Assembly (NCBI GenBank): GCA_900088475.1
Contig: FLMG01004481.1
Location: forward strand, 1-33,192
DNA from: Hyphochytrium catenoides
Lineage: Eukaryota > Protista > Hyphochytriomycota
Direction of reading: 5' to 3'
Length of the DNA: 33,192 bases
The notes beneath the pieces are model-generated. The model made no database searches. It was not told the origin of the DNA and worked only from the letters and a program-made list of their open reading frames with translations. Positions 21,923 through 33,192 of this stretch are shown piece by piece. Every line of letters starts with the position of its first letter. Position 1 is the first letter of the stretch. The position numbers and the translations under genes were made by a program.

Positions 21923-24831
21923 TTATCGAGGGGCTGGAACCTCCATCGCAAGATACCTGTGAGCCAGCATACTTCTGTCTGCACAGAGAAACTCCGTCCA
22001 GTTCCGGATGAATCCTCTGTCAAAGGGGTTCAGATAGAAGCCGTTTTGATCCTTCATATACTCGTACTTGTCCTTGTTAAATGTCTCGTTCACCGTGATG
22101 TTTCTTGATATGTTGCTCGTCTGGATAATCAGGAGGATGAGCGTCGGGATGCCGAAGATAACGGAGAGAAGGAGAAGCCCTATCTGTGCAGCGATGCGGC
22201 ACTCAGAGAGAGCGCACCACTCTACGAACTCGCTATCAGAAAGAGGAGAGAGGATGGTCTGGCTGAGAAGAGAGCCGTAAAGAGACTGAGATGAAGAGAG
22301 AGGTTTCTCCCGAACGTTCTGAAAGAAAACAGCGATGAGAGAAGATATCATCAGCGCCATCTCCACCACGAAGAGAAAGCAGAAGAAGACAAATTGCCGA
22401 TGATTGAAGAGGCCAACGCAATTGCTGATCCATCTAGTTGAGAGCAGACCGTGAGCAGGATTCCCAAAAGATTATGCGCGCCAGTCCCGAGACGGTAGCA
22501 CAGCGCAGAAGGGAAAGGAGAAGCAGGTCAGTTCTATGTGGGAGCAAGAAGAATATATACAGGGTGGAGACCTCGTCAGGGGCCAAGAGAAGCACACTGC
22601 CAGATTGGCTATGGCAGAGCAGCAGATGGCAGAGGGGAGTCAAAGGGTAGATGCAATAGATAAATGAGCTCAAAGAGGACACTTCCTGTCGTTTGAAGGC
22701 ATCAAGGGCTCTGGAATATAAAGAGAGAAGGTGCAGCATTACTTACGGGCAATGGTGGTCGAAGCGGTGCACACATCGTCCACAGGAGTGACAATGCTTC
22801 ATTCTAGCAGTCTTCTTTATCCTGCAACTCGGACAAGGAAGCGGTCCCTCCTCGGACGCCAATAACTCTTCAAAGACCAACGGATCGCCTTTGGGAATGT
22901 AGCCTGGGCTCGTTAGCCATACCGACGTATAGCTCCCGGCTACCATCAGAGAGAGACACAGGGCTAGAATCTCAACCGTGTTCAAAGAGAGCAAGAGAGT
23001 CCCTTCCAGCACACTAGCGAGGAAAGGCAGCACAAATACAAGCCAGAGAAAGACTCCCAGGGAGAAGAATGAGAAGAAGAAAAGGACTGTTAGTCTCTTC
23101 TCTGAAGCTTCAGCCATCAACCTATCACTTCTGCCGTTCTTCAGAGCCTGCGTTGTGCTCTCAGATCCTGAAGCTTTACTTAAGTCTAGCGCTGTCCTCC
23201 CCAAGCTGTCCCTTATATGCACAGGAGCGCCCTCTAGCACTAACTGTTTGGCGAGAAAAGCATCGCCTAAGGTACAGGCGAGCATCAGCGGTGTCTGACC
23301 CTATGGCAGCAGAGGCAGAAGTGGAGAGAGGAAGATCGTAAGGTAGTGGAGGACAATCGGGAGCAACCGCGTGAAAGGGGATTCATAGAGGGCAAAGAGC
23401 TAAACGGCTGAGTCATTATGGCCTCCGAGAGCAAAGGAGAATGCTGGCAAAGAGTGCGAGGGACACATTGAAAGCAGGATACAGGCAACTAGAAAGTACG
23501 ATGGCGAATCAAGGCTCATAAAAGAGAACTTGCAGCACGGGGATACCTGCCGTACAAGCTCTCTTCCCCCACAGATTTAACCGTCTCTCTCCTCTTCCTC
23601 TCTCTTTCATTTGTCTCTCTCTTCTCTCTCTCTCTTCTCTTTATTGCGATTTTATTTGTGCTGCTAAGCCTACCTGCGCGTCCTGCAATGTCTGATCTGC
23701 CCCTGATGCCACGAGAAGCATGGCAGTGTAATGAAAGCCCTCGAAGACGGCCCAGTGAAGAGGCGTGGCTCCTCTCTTGTCTTGCATGTTGACATCTGCC
23801 CCATAGCGGACAAGGACAGCTATAATGGCTGGGTTATCAGAACTGGAAGCGTAGTGAAGCGGTGTCATGCCAATCGAGTCCGTAGACGAGTGAGACGCTC
23901 CTGCCTGGAGATAGCCAGCGTGATGAGGAATCAGAAAAGAGATGAGTAAACGAAGAGAGAAGGTGGAGAGAGAAAATAAAGGGAACTAAAGGAGAGAGAG
24001 TTAGAAGTAAATAAAGAGAGAGAGAGCGAGGGGAGAGAGAGCCAGAGAGGAAAAGAGAGAGAGAAGAGGAGAGAGAGTCCTCAATGACCGCAGTCAGTCA
24101 AGGTCCAGGTCCAGGGCGAGAGGAGAGGGTAAAAATAAGCTTAGACAAGCGATGAGTTAACATACTTCCAGCAGCAGTCTGCAGAGAGAGAAGGAGGAGC
24201 AGAGCATGAGCGCAGTGGCTGCTCCTTTCCCATAATTAGCCTTCGCTTCCAGAACAGCCTTCAGCTCATCAGAGGACAGAACCTCCTTGGCCAGGGAGAC
24301 TAGATACCGTGCGACACTCTGCTGGTCATAGTAGCACGCTAGCTGCAAACCTAAGAGATAGAGTGGAGTTGAGGGAGAGAAAGAAGNNNNNNNNNNNNNN
24401 NNNNNNNNNNNNNNNNNNNNAAAGAGAGAGAGCAAAAGAGAAACAAGAGGCTTTCACGCCTCACCTGTGAGTGTATCTGTCCCTCTGCTGTGCAGCAGAA
24501 GCTTCAGATTAAGCTTCCGATAGCTTTCTTCCTCTAGCACTCCTCCTACCTCCTCCCCGAGCTTCTCTCTCCTGAGCTCCGTCACCACTGCCTCCACAGA
24601 CTCTCTGTCCCCATACTTGCAGCCTCGAAGGAACTTATCTAGTGAGGCGCTGTACTTTCTTCTGAAGACGGCAAGTTGGACCTCTGTCACGCTAGAGGGA
24701 GAGAGAAGATTCGAGGAGGGAGAGGAGTAAGTGGCAGGAGCAGGAGAGACGGGAGAGAAGGAGTGAAGCAAGGGAGAGGCTTCATCCACTTTCACAGGTT
24801 GACTGCCCTTCCCAGGAGTTGCCGTTCTCAT
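21923..24831 (-). CDS. Ankyrin-repeat DHHC protein S-acyltransferase (Akr1/ZDHHC17/TIP1-like), about 615 aa. Exons 24831-24465, 24350-24166, 23904-23674, 23300-22747, 22433-21923
   Basis: Ankyrin repeats (GMTPLHYA, GATPLHWA, GQTPLMLA, GRTALDL), hydrophobic TM segments, and the DHHC Cys-rich domain CPSCRIKKTARMKHCHSCGRCVHRFDHHCP|WISNCVGLFNHRQF spliced across a phase-2 intron. TTxE-like NITVNE and NPFDRG..RNW motifs follow. Confidence 0.95.
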
Positions 24832-25533
24832 GGTACTGGAAGAGAGAGAGAGTGAGAGCTCNNNNNNNNNNNNNNNNNNNNNNNNNNNNNNNNNNNNNNN
24901 NNAGAGAGAGAGAGAGGGAGTGAGAGGGAGAGAGAGAGGAACAGAGAGAGGGAGAAACAGCAGGAGAGAGAGAGCAAGAAGCTTGCTATCGCTTCTAAAT
25001 GAAGGGAGAGGGCGATCAATGGCCGCGTGCTCCCAGGAGGCAAGAGCTATGCAAGAAGAAATGCGGAGCCCTCGCGACACTCAATGTTGATACTTCTTGT
25101 CCGGGCTCCCTGTCTCTTCTGCTTCTCTCCCATTCTCTCTCTCTCCTCTCTCTCCCTTCTCTCTCTTCTCTCTCTCTCCCCTTTCCCTCTCTCTCTCTCT
25201 CTCTAATTGAAATCGCTAAAAGATCCTGCCTATTCCGCCCTGTAGGATCTATCCAATCCGAAAGTAATTCCTGGATCCCTCTCGCCAGGTTTCGGATAAA
25301 GCCCTTCTGTCAATACGGAATATTTAGGTATGCAGGAAATTATATTCGTGTTTGGCGATCTAAGTTGGGATCTACGGGAGTTGAAGATCAGAAGCAGATG
25401 TCTTCGCTTCCCAATTTTGCTGCCTCTCTCTTGTATGTCTCTTTTTCTCTCTCTCTCTCTCTCTCTNNNNNNNNNNNNNNNNNNNNNNNNNNNNNNNNNN
25501 NNNNNNNNNNNNNNNNNNNNNNNNNNNNNNNNN
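24387..25533. other. Three assembly gaps or masked runs: 24387-24420, 24862-24902, 25467-25533
   Basis: N runs, each within a GA/CT tract and all outside the inferred exons. Confidence 0.95.
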
Positions 25534-25803
25534 TCTCTCTCTCTCGCTCTCTCGCTCTCTCCCTTCCTTTGCTCTTACCTCGCTTCTCTCTTACCCCGCT
25601 CCATCCCACTCCCTCTCGCTCACTCCCTGCGTCTCCTCGCAATAACCTTTCACATGCCCGCCAACGAGAAGATCATGCTCTTGTGCTCTCTCTCTCTTTC
25701 GCCCTCTATCACTGTTTCCCCTGTACACTGTGGCTTCTCTGATGGCTGATGGCTGAAAGGGCGTGGACGAGAAAATAGAGGGAGAGAGTGACTTGCGAAG
25801 GAG
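24832..25803. promoter_or_regulatory. Divergent intergenic region between the DHHC gene and the TIGR04282-like gene
   Basis: Head-to-head orientation. Tracts switch from GA-rich (about 24840-24980) to CT-rich (from about 25110), consistent with two outward-facing 5' leaders. Contains two N gaps. Confidence 0.5.
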
Positions 25804-28544
25804 ATGACTTCCTCGTCCTTCACTCTTGTCCTAGGTAAAAGCCCTGGCGGAGGAATACGATGGCCGTTTCCTGCACGTTAGCTCTTGCAAAGCAATGCTA
25901 TTTTTATCTCTCTCTCTCTTCTCTCTGTTGCTCCCTCTTTTCTACTAGTTTCTTTTTTCCTGCCTCTCTACCTCCTACGCGTGATCAGAACGTGCTGCAC
26001 CAGATCTCAATCCCAATCTTTCTCTCTCTGTTTTTTCGCACTTCCTAGTGGCCAAAGTGCCAACTGCTGGAGCTTCGAAGACGAGGCTGATCCCGCGCAT
26101 CGGCGATCACCTGGCCGCTGGCCTGGCAAGAGCTCTGCTATTGGATCTGTTGGTCAGCCTGGGTAGCTGTGTAAGTCTGACGGAGCTCGTGGGCAAATGT
26201 GAGAGAGAGGAGCTAAGAAAGAAGAGACCTACAGAAAGGAAAAGGAGAGAGCTCACCTAAGGAGAGCAGAGACAAAGACAAGGATGTGAAGTGACCAAAG
26301 AATGACAGGGGGAAGGTGCATGGATAGAGAAAAGGGCAAGAAGAGAGAGGAAGTCGAGAGCAACCAAGAGAGACGCACAAAAACGAGAAGAGACAGACGC
26401 GACACAAGAGGAGAAGGAGAGAGACGCAATGCACGGAAGGATATATATATAGAGAGAGAGAGAGAAAGAGAGAGAGAGAGGGGGGAGAGAGACAGATCGA
26501 GAGAGAGGGAGAAAGAGCGCGGGGACGGTACAGGGAATATCTGTCATATTAGGAAGAAGAACCCTAGGCACCTGCCAGACTTCCTTCCAACAGCGCCTGT
26601 CTTTGAGGCTCAACCTTTTCTCTCCTCTTTCTTCATTGTCACTCTCTTTCCTAGTCTCACAACTCTTCTCATCACACTATACTGACTTCCTACGGACTCT
26701 TTCTCTCCCTCTCCCTTTGCATCTCTCTCTCTCACTTCCCCACACTATCCGTATATCTAAGCCCTACCGTTGCCCTTGAAGTCTCTTGCTGTCTATCTCT
26801 GATTGATCATTTGCCGTCAGTCTCTCTTCATCTCCTAATAGTAACCTCCTACCCTTCTTAACGTGCCTCCAGCCTCTGCTGAAGAGTGAGAAGGTCAACC
26901 TAGTTCTCCTCTTTGCCCCATTGGAAAAGGAGGAGATGGCAAGGGAGCTTCTTGAGGTCTGCGTCTCTCTCTCTTCAGAAGGCAATCTGCCTAGTGCTAG
27001 CCTTCCTTGTACGCGGCTACTGCTTCCAGCATCATTCTCAGTTCTCTCTTCTCTCTTTGTCACAGTGATCCGTTGTCGGTCGGTAACCTAACAGCAGCAT
27101 CTTCTAACCCCAAATGGACTCTCTCCACTCTCTCTTTCTCCATCTGTCTCTCAGTCTCGCTCTCGCTCTCTCTCTTTCCACCTTCCTTCCTTACTTTGTT
27201 CCTTGGCCAGTTCCTATGTCTCTGATTCGTCTCATTTCCTGGTTGAATGGCAGGAATGTGGCCCTACCGTTAGGGAAAGGTGGACCTTGAGCCCCATCCA
27301 GCAGCGAAAGGTAAGTGAGGATAAGGAGGGGAAGGGCGGAACCGAAGGAACATCGCATCTCTCGTCGGACCTGGGAGAGATACTGGGACGAGCCTTCGTT
27401 GATCTTCGTAGCCGCTTCAGGTCTCTGGCCTTTGACCAGTTGTCTCAATACATCCGTCACCTCTCATCCTATCTTACCATCGTGTCATTCGCTTGGCATA
27501 TCAAGGTCTTCATCTTCTTGTCCTCAGCAATGCGTCTCTGTCTCTCGATTCCTCAATTCTCTCTCTCCCAATTCCTGCCAAGATCCTCTCTGTATGTTCT
27601 TACAATAACAATCTATCTCTACTGCGCAGCGGGGCTGTCGGCTTTATTGGGATGGACTGTCCGTTTCTCTCTTCTGAGCCTCTCCTGCAAGGGCGGCAAC
27701 ATGCAATGGCTGGAAGCGCGTATCTCTGTCCAGGTCTGGACCTTCATTACTTCTTCCTTAGCGCTGTATCTCTCAATGTTCCCCGCTAGAGCCTCTTGTC
27801 TCCTCGTATCAGGAGCCATTTGTATTGAGCTTCTAACTACTCATGACGTTCCTCTGCTCTTCTACCTCGCATTTTTCTCTTTCTGACGCCAACCAAGAAA
27901 TACTTGTGGCCTTGGATTCTCACCAGCCTCTCCCCTCTGCAGCATTAGATGGCGGCTACGTGTACCTTGCTCTCCCTTATTCGTGCCCTCCATCAGTCTT
28001 CGAAGGCATACCTTGGTCCTCGGCCCGCACTGCAGCCGTGCAGAGAGAAAAGGTGGAGCAGGAAGGGTTGCCAATCGTCCTGGGACCCTCCTTCATTGAC
28101 TTTGACGAGTACAGCGATCTAGAGTTATTCCTTCGCTCTCTCACATCCCCCGAGGACAGGGTCAGTACCTGCCAATTCCCTACTTCCTCCCTAACACGTC
28201 TCTTCTCTCTTCCTTGGCAATCTTCCACTTATCCAAGCCATGTGCTGCTGCTGTCCTTTCACATCGCTCTGTATTTTCTTAACTTCCTTTCCTATTATCA
28301 GCCCTCCTCTTGCCTCCATCTCGACTGTTCTCCGTCCTTCCCACCGTTCACATGCAGTCAGAAGACGCCGTTTCTTACCATAGAGTTAGAATCTGCGCTT
28401 TGCGGACCTTGCATATCTTACACTCTTCCCGACGTCAATCTTACCCTGTTCACGTGAGGCTTTCCCTACTGGATTCAGGAGTTGTTTGTTCACGGGTACC
28501 CGCGAGTCACAGACGTGCTGAGAGCAGTCGGCTTTGAGATCTAA
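25804..28544 (+). CDS. TIGR04282 / DUF2064 family GT-A-fold transferase (arsenosugar-cluster-associated transferase 1), about 263 aa. Exons 25804-25834, 26049-26170, 26873-26956, 27254-27420, 27630-27733, 27943-28160, 28479-28544
   Basis: Spliced product carries the family motifs in order: LVLVAKVPTAGASKTRLIP...AAGLARALLLDLL, SDLGEILGRAF, FIGMDCP, LCPALDGGYVYL, FEGIPWSS, DFDEYSDL. All six introns are GT-AG and in phase (792 nt total). The last exon is least certain. Confidence 0.88.
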
Positions 28545-28988
28545 GAGGCCTTCTCCTCTTTCACTAGAGCTTATGACGTGGCAAAAGGTAATCAGGTGCG
28601 AAGATAGATGGTGGCAGAGAAAGGTCCTAGAGATGTAAGGAAGAGGTAGAAGTATGCCAACAAAATGGCTGCAGTATGACCACGTACAGAGCAAGAGGAG
28701 AGAAGACAGATGTTGGGGAGAACAGAGCGCGAACGCAGCCACGCAGCGACGTGCAGGAAGCTGCCTCACCAGCAACAGACGCTATCAGTCCTAAGAGAGG
28801 GGCTATTTCTCAAATTGACTTCGTCCTGCTTGTCCAGCTGTCCATAACGCAAAACATCTACATAGCCAGAACTTGCGGCTCGACTGAGACAGCAGCCAGC
28901 GGTCGAAAGAGCTAATATATACTGAGCGCAGGACAGAGCTAGAAGGGACATGAATATATTACCATAGCTAATTAGAAGTAACGCAGAG

Positions 28989-30289
28989 CTATGGAGATTT
29001 GCCATAGTACATGCGGTAGATGTCATCTGCGCTATATCCCAGATAAGCGTAGGATATCACAAAGATCTGGTTGAGAAAGGTGTTCAGCAAGACCCCGTTC
29101 TTCACCCAGCGTCGAGGAGAACAGGGCGAGGTAGGGTCTAGGATAACAATGCGCTTGCCCTGCAAATTAAGAGACCTTACTGAGAAAAGGGTTTGAAGGG
29201 GAGAAAAAGAAGAAGCAACGCCTCCTAGAATACAGTCTGAAGCCAAAGCCGGTGTACTAAGTGGGAGAGAGAACGAGAGAGATAGCTGAGTACAGCAGAA
29301 AAAGACCAAATGATGCGTACGAGGGTAGTGAGAGAGTTAAAAGAGATAGCACAAGGATTCTTCGAGGGCCAAGTAACATCTGTTCTAGGAAAAGTGATAG
29401 CTAATGCAATCATAGAGGGAGCACACCCTCACAGCTAACCTCAGCCACGGCAGCCTTCCTGCTCTTGGCCACAAGCTCGAAGTCCTCCATCATTACCGTC
29501 TCCGGGTATCCACCTAGCGCGTGGAAGTCCTCCGCTCGATAGCACAGGCCCTGGAATGCGCAGCACCGTGATGCAAAGTTGGTTATCACAGAGATTGAAG
29601 GTCGAGTGGGGCTTGCTTTGCTCTAGAGAAAGCCCAGAGCTCGGCGGTATATGCTTGTTGTGACCCTTGTCTCGCTCCCTCTCTCTCGCGCGCGCTCTCT
29701 GTGTCTCTCCTCTCTCTCTCTCCCTTCGTCTTTCCCTCCTGCGATCTTCTAACGCTGCACAAGATGCCTTGGCTCTCTGCAACTCCTTCTTTCGTGACTC
29801 TTCGCCCCGCTGGACTCCGGGTCAATCCCTGTAACAATGGCTATCAACCTACCTGGTCTCCATAGGGTAACTGATACATCCTCGCCCTGAAGTTAGCACA
29901 GGCAGTCATAACCTCAATCGCTGTTGGGGGCTCCTCTCCAGGAGAAAGAGCCGAGAGGTTGACATCAAAGGAGAATGCCGTTGCGTACACTTCTGGGCGT
30001 GAGAAAGCAGCAAAGATGTGCTCGTCATAGTGCTGAGGAAGAAGAGCATCTGAATGAAGAAAGAGGAGAAATTCTCCTTTGGCTCTCCTCGCTCCTTCAT
30101 TGAGTGCCATTCCTCTTCCCGAGGCCGTTCGAATCACGCTGGGGAAGTTACTGGTCAATGGTGCGGTGTGCCTTGTCCGCCTCCCTCAAAAGTTTCGGAG
30201 CAACCCATGCAGTGGTGCATTATGTCTTGCTCTTCCCTTTCCTCAATTCATTCCCTTGCGGTTGTGACGCTGGCCCATTCAGCCTTGGC

Positions 30290-30323
<34 letters not shown>

Positions 30324-32027
30324 TAATCTCTCTCTCTCTCACACTCTCTCTCTCCCTCTTCTGCCTCGCTTTGTTGCGCTTTCCCTGTCATGGGATCCTC
30401 TCTTCGCGAGAACTACCTCTGGGTTTCTCTCACAATCTTGTCATTGTTTGCATGTTCACTTCGGTTTCGAGCCCTCTTCCGGCATTATCCTACAACATCT
30501 TCCTCCTATGGTTACCTTTTCTCCATCCTGGTAATAAATTCTTTGGCAACTCTCTCTGTCCCGTCAGAGCTTCCAGCATCCACAATGATTAGCTCAACGT
30601 CGTCAGGAGAGCCCTTGAGCAGTGGGAGAGATATAAGAGAGAGGTAGAACATGAGAGAGAGACAGAGAGAGAGGGAACAAAAAAGGGAATAGAAATTCAG
30701 CGCGAGAGAGAGAGAGAAGAGAGAGAGACGGGGAGAGAAAAGGGGACAAAGAGTGACATAAATAAAGAAACAGAGAGAGGTAGAGAGAAAAGAGAAAGAG
30801 AGAGCTAAAGATATACTGAGAGAGAAAAAGGGATACAGAGAACAAAAAGAAATTTAGCATGGCAGAGGAAGAACAAGAGCAGAAGAGAAAGAGAGCGCGC
30901 CGAGTAGAAGACAGGAAAGAGTGTGGATTTTATAGAGCACAAGTGCTAACGAGGTGACAACAGCCCAGAGAGAGGCCCGCAAGAGAGAGAAAGCAAAAGA
31001 TGGCACCCTGATGAAAGGAGGATCGCCTCTTTCAGGTGAGCTATGCAGCTTCTTTGCAGCTAGAGAGAAGGAGTATAAAGAGAGGCCAAAGAGGAGTGTG
31101 AAGCTCACTTTCACGCCCTTCTCAACACTAGCAAGTGTCACTTGGATCGACTCTTCTTCATTGTGAGCTGAGGGGACAGAGAGTCAGAGAAACGGAGGAA
31201 AGCCAGTAGAAAGGAGAGAAAGGACAACCAAGCGGAGCAGAGATAGAGCCAGCAAAGACTTCGAAAGGATTGAAACACCGAGAAAGAGAGAAAGGCAGAT
31301 CCCCAAGTGAGAGAAAGACCAACACTGAGCGGGCAGGGGAGGAAAGGGAAACAGAAAGAGAGAGTCAAGAGAGACAGGGAGAGAGAGATGAATAGCTGGG
31401 GAGAACGAAAGGAGAGAAGTAAAACAGGCTGTCTAGAGGTAGAAAGACCAAACTATATAATGAAATGTCCAGGGAGAGAGAGGAAGAAAGGAAGAGAAAG
31501 AGAAAGAAAGAGAGAGAGAGATAAATAAGGTAAGCAGGTTCTAGAACAGAGCGCAAGAAAGGGACAAAAGACCCTGAGACCGACAGAGGAAGAGAGAGAA
31601 AGAGAGAGAGAAGCAAGACGAAGAGTCTTGTAGGTGGTAAGATCTCACAGAGGAGGAGAAAGATCTTGCATGAGTTGGAGAGGAGGAGATAGGGGATACC
31701 GAGGACGATGATGGAAAGTTTCTTCTGATAGCCCTTTCTCTTCTCTCTCTTCTCTCCTTCCGTCGAGGGAAGAGAGCTGGCTGCCTGCAGGGCAAGGCTT
31801 TGCTTGCTCTTAGAGTTTCTCCGGAGAAGAAGAAGGTATCCGGTCGTGCTCAGCGCCAGTCCAAAGAGACAGACTGCCCATACTCCCACGTAAGTGAGGA
31901 AGATCCATACGTGCTCTATGTTCTCCCTTCCTGAGGGCCAAAAGGTGATCAGCCGCTCCTTCAGAGAAGAGAGGAGCGATGCTGTCCGCTTCGCATAGTG
32001 AACGACAAGAGACTCTCCGGAGGTCAT
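28989..32027 (-). CDS. TIGR04283 family GT2 glycosyltransferase (arsenosugar-cluster-associated transferase 2) with N-terminal TM anchor, about 354 aa. Exons 32027-31700, 31167-31109, 30613-30516, 30150-29853, 29550-29440, 29159-28989
   Basis: Generic GT2 motifs KLSIIVLAHNEE, ELIIVDAGSSDGT, GRGMALNEGARRAKGEFLLFLHSD. TIGR04283-type motifs NFRARMYQLPYGDQ|GL, F..LGGYP...MMEDFELV, SPRRWVKNGV..NT..N, YLG......Y..YY. Intron phases are consistent (1065 nt); the exon-4 acceptor could alternatively start the exon at 30138. Confidence 0.88.
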
Positions 32028-32380
32028 GAATCGCAAGATCCTTGAAGCTGGGAAGAGAGAGAGAGAGAGAGAGAGACGGGGAAAGGAAACAAGAGAAGAA
32101 GAGAAGAGAGAGAGAGACACACACACAGGGAGAGAGAGAAGAGAAACGAGATGAGGTGATCGACGAGTCTCCTGAATGAATGGTGCTCTGGCAGGATGGC
32201 AGCAGATGGAAGCCAACGTGGCGATGCAAAGATTTTAGAGAAAGGTGGCAATGGTTCAGGAGAGAACTCCAGACCACTATGAGAGAGAGAGGAAAGAGAG
32301 GCTTGTTCCTCATGGGCTCATGGGCACCAGAGAGAGACGCAGAGAAGGGAGGGAGGAGGAAGACGGGAGGGGGAGAGATG

Positions 32381-32397
32381 AGAGAGAGAGAGAAAGA

Positions 32398-32444
<47 letters not shown>

Positions 32445-32463
32445 TGAGAGAGAGAGAGAGAGA
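32381..32463. repeat. (GA)n microsatellite upstream of the minus-strand GT2 gene
   Basis: Near-perfect AG run. Confidence 0.92.
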
Positions 32464-33071
32464 CAAGATTCTCAAGTGAGAACATCTATCCAAAAAGATT
32501 CTATTTTGTAACTTCAATTACCCAAAAGTAGCCCAATTCGGGTCAGTAACCGAATCTAGAACCAAGGGAAAGCCCAAGTCTTCCAATCAATTGACGAAGT
32601 CTCCCTTTATTTAGAGTTTCTTATTTCTTTATTATCGTTTCTACAAGTTCTGAAATCGGTTGTCATCCCCAAACCTGGAAAGGTGCTGATAATGCTTGCT
32701 CCTCTCCAGTCCCTGCTGCTAGTCTTCAGAGTGCTCGGTCTTCCCAAAGATCATGGTCTCATCTTAGGAGAGCGCAATAAGCCATGTCCTCAGCGGCTTA
32801 TTATTATCAATCGATGTCCAGAGACCCGATGAAGGAAATTGAACGTCTCCATCTCAGGTGGTAATTGGCATTCCCCCTCAGCAAATGGAAAGGGGTATAC
32901 CCTAGTAATAGGGGACGTTGTCAGCAAGCGGCCAACAGCTTTTTTTGTTTCTCCCGGACATTGAGGCAAAGACGGTAGCGAGAATTCCAGTGGATCGGTT
33001 ATCTGTAAGATTTGTTTCCACGTGTTGCGCTATTTTTACCTCTTCCTCTGGTCTATACTGCTTCCTGTTCC

Positions 33072-33192
33072 TCATCGCTCCTCAGTAGGGCGTGGTCTGG
33101 GTACCAAAATTATCTCTTGCTTGAACCCCTCATCGTCCCTCAGTCGCCTGCTCTTGTGCTTCTTCTGTCGCTTTCTCTTGAGCTCCTCATCA
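33072..33192 (-). CDS. Possible 3' end of a gene entering from the right edge of the window; product unknown
   Basis: Open frame DEELKRKRQKKHKSRRLRDDEGFKQEIILVPRPRPTEER* runs off the window edge. It has an NLS-like basic stretch but no recognisable domain. Confidence 0.3.
   Translation of the reverse strand, partial: DEELKRKRQKKHKSRRLRDDEGFKQEIILVPRPRPTEER

Noticed and set aside
27203-27253. Acceptor at 27209-27210 for exon 4 of the TIGR04282-like gene
   Set aside because: In phase 0 it gives TTC CTA TGT CTC TGA (stop); the acceptor at 27252-27253 keeps the frame.
25804-32027. Bacterial contamination or chimeric assembly as the source of the TIGR04282/04283 pair
   Set aside because: Both genes have multiple in-phase spliceosomal introns containing the same CT/GA tracts as neighbouring eukaryotic genes.

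Overview
Intron-rich eukaryotic DNA, probably a protist; lineage cannot be fixed from this window. It is saturated with (CT)n/(GA)n microsatellites and has three short N gaps. I reconstructed eight genes by hand from GT-AG boundaries and reading-frame continuity: an intronless secreted GH6 cellobiohydrolase (+), a 3xPDZ/coiled-coil/zinc-finger scaffold (+), a WW-domain TRIR/C19orf43-like protein (-), nucleoporin Nup107 (+), a BFR1/proton-pump-interactor-like protein (+), an ankyrin-repeat DHHC palmitoyltransferase (-), and a convergent glycosyltransferase-fold pair. The pair matches TIGR04282/DUF2064 (+) and TIGR04283/GT2 (-), two families that co-occur in bacterial ArsS-associated arsenosugar gene clusters. 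Two observations stand out. First, that bacterial gene pair is still adjacent here although both genes are fully spliced. Second, Nup107 carries an in-frame ubiquitin-like domain ending RGG|KG, resembling Sde2/FAU-type precursors cleaved by deubiquitinases. Family assignments come from motif recognition only; no database search was run and no RNA data support the exon models.
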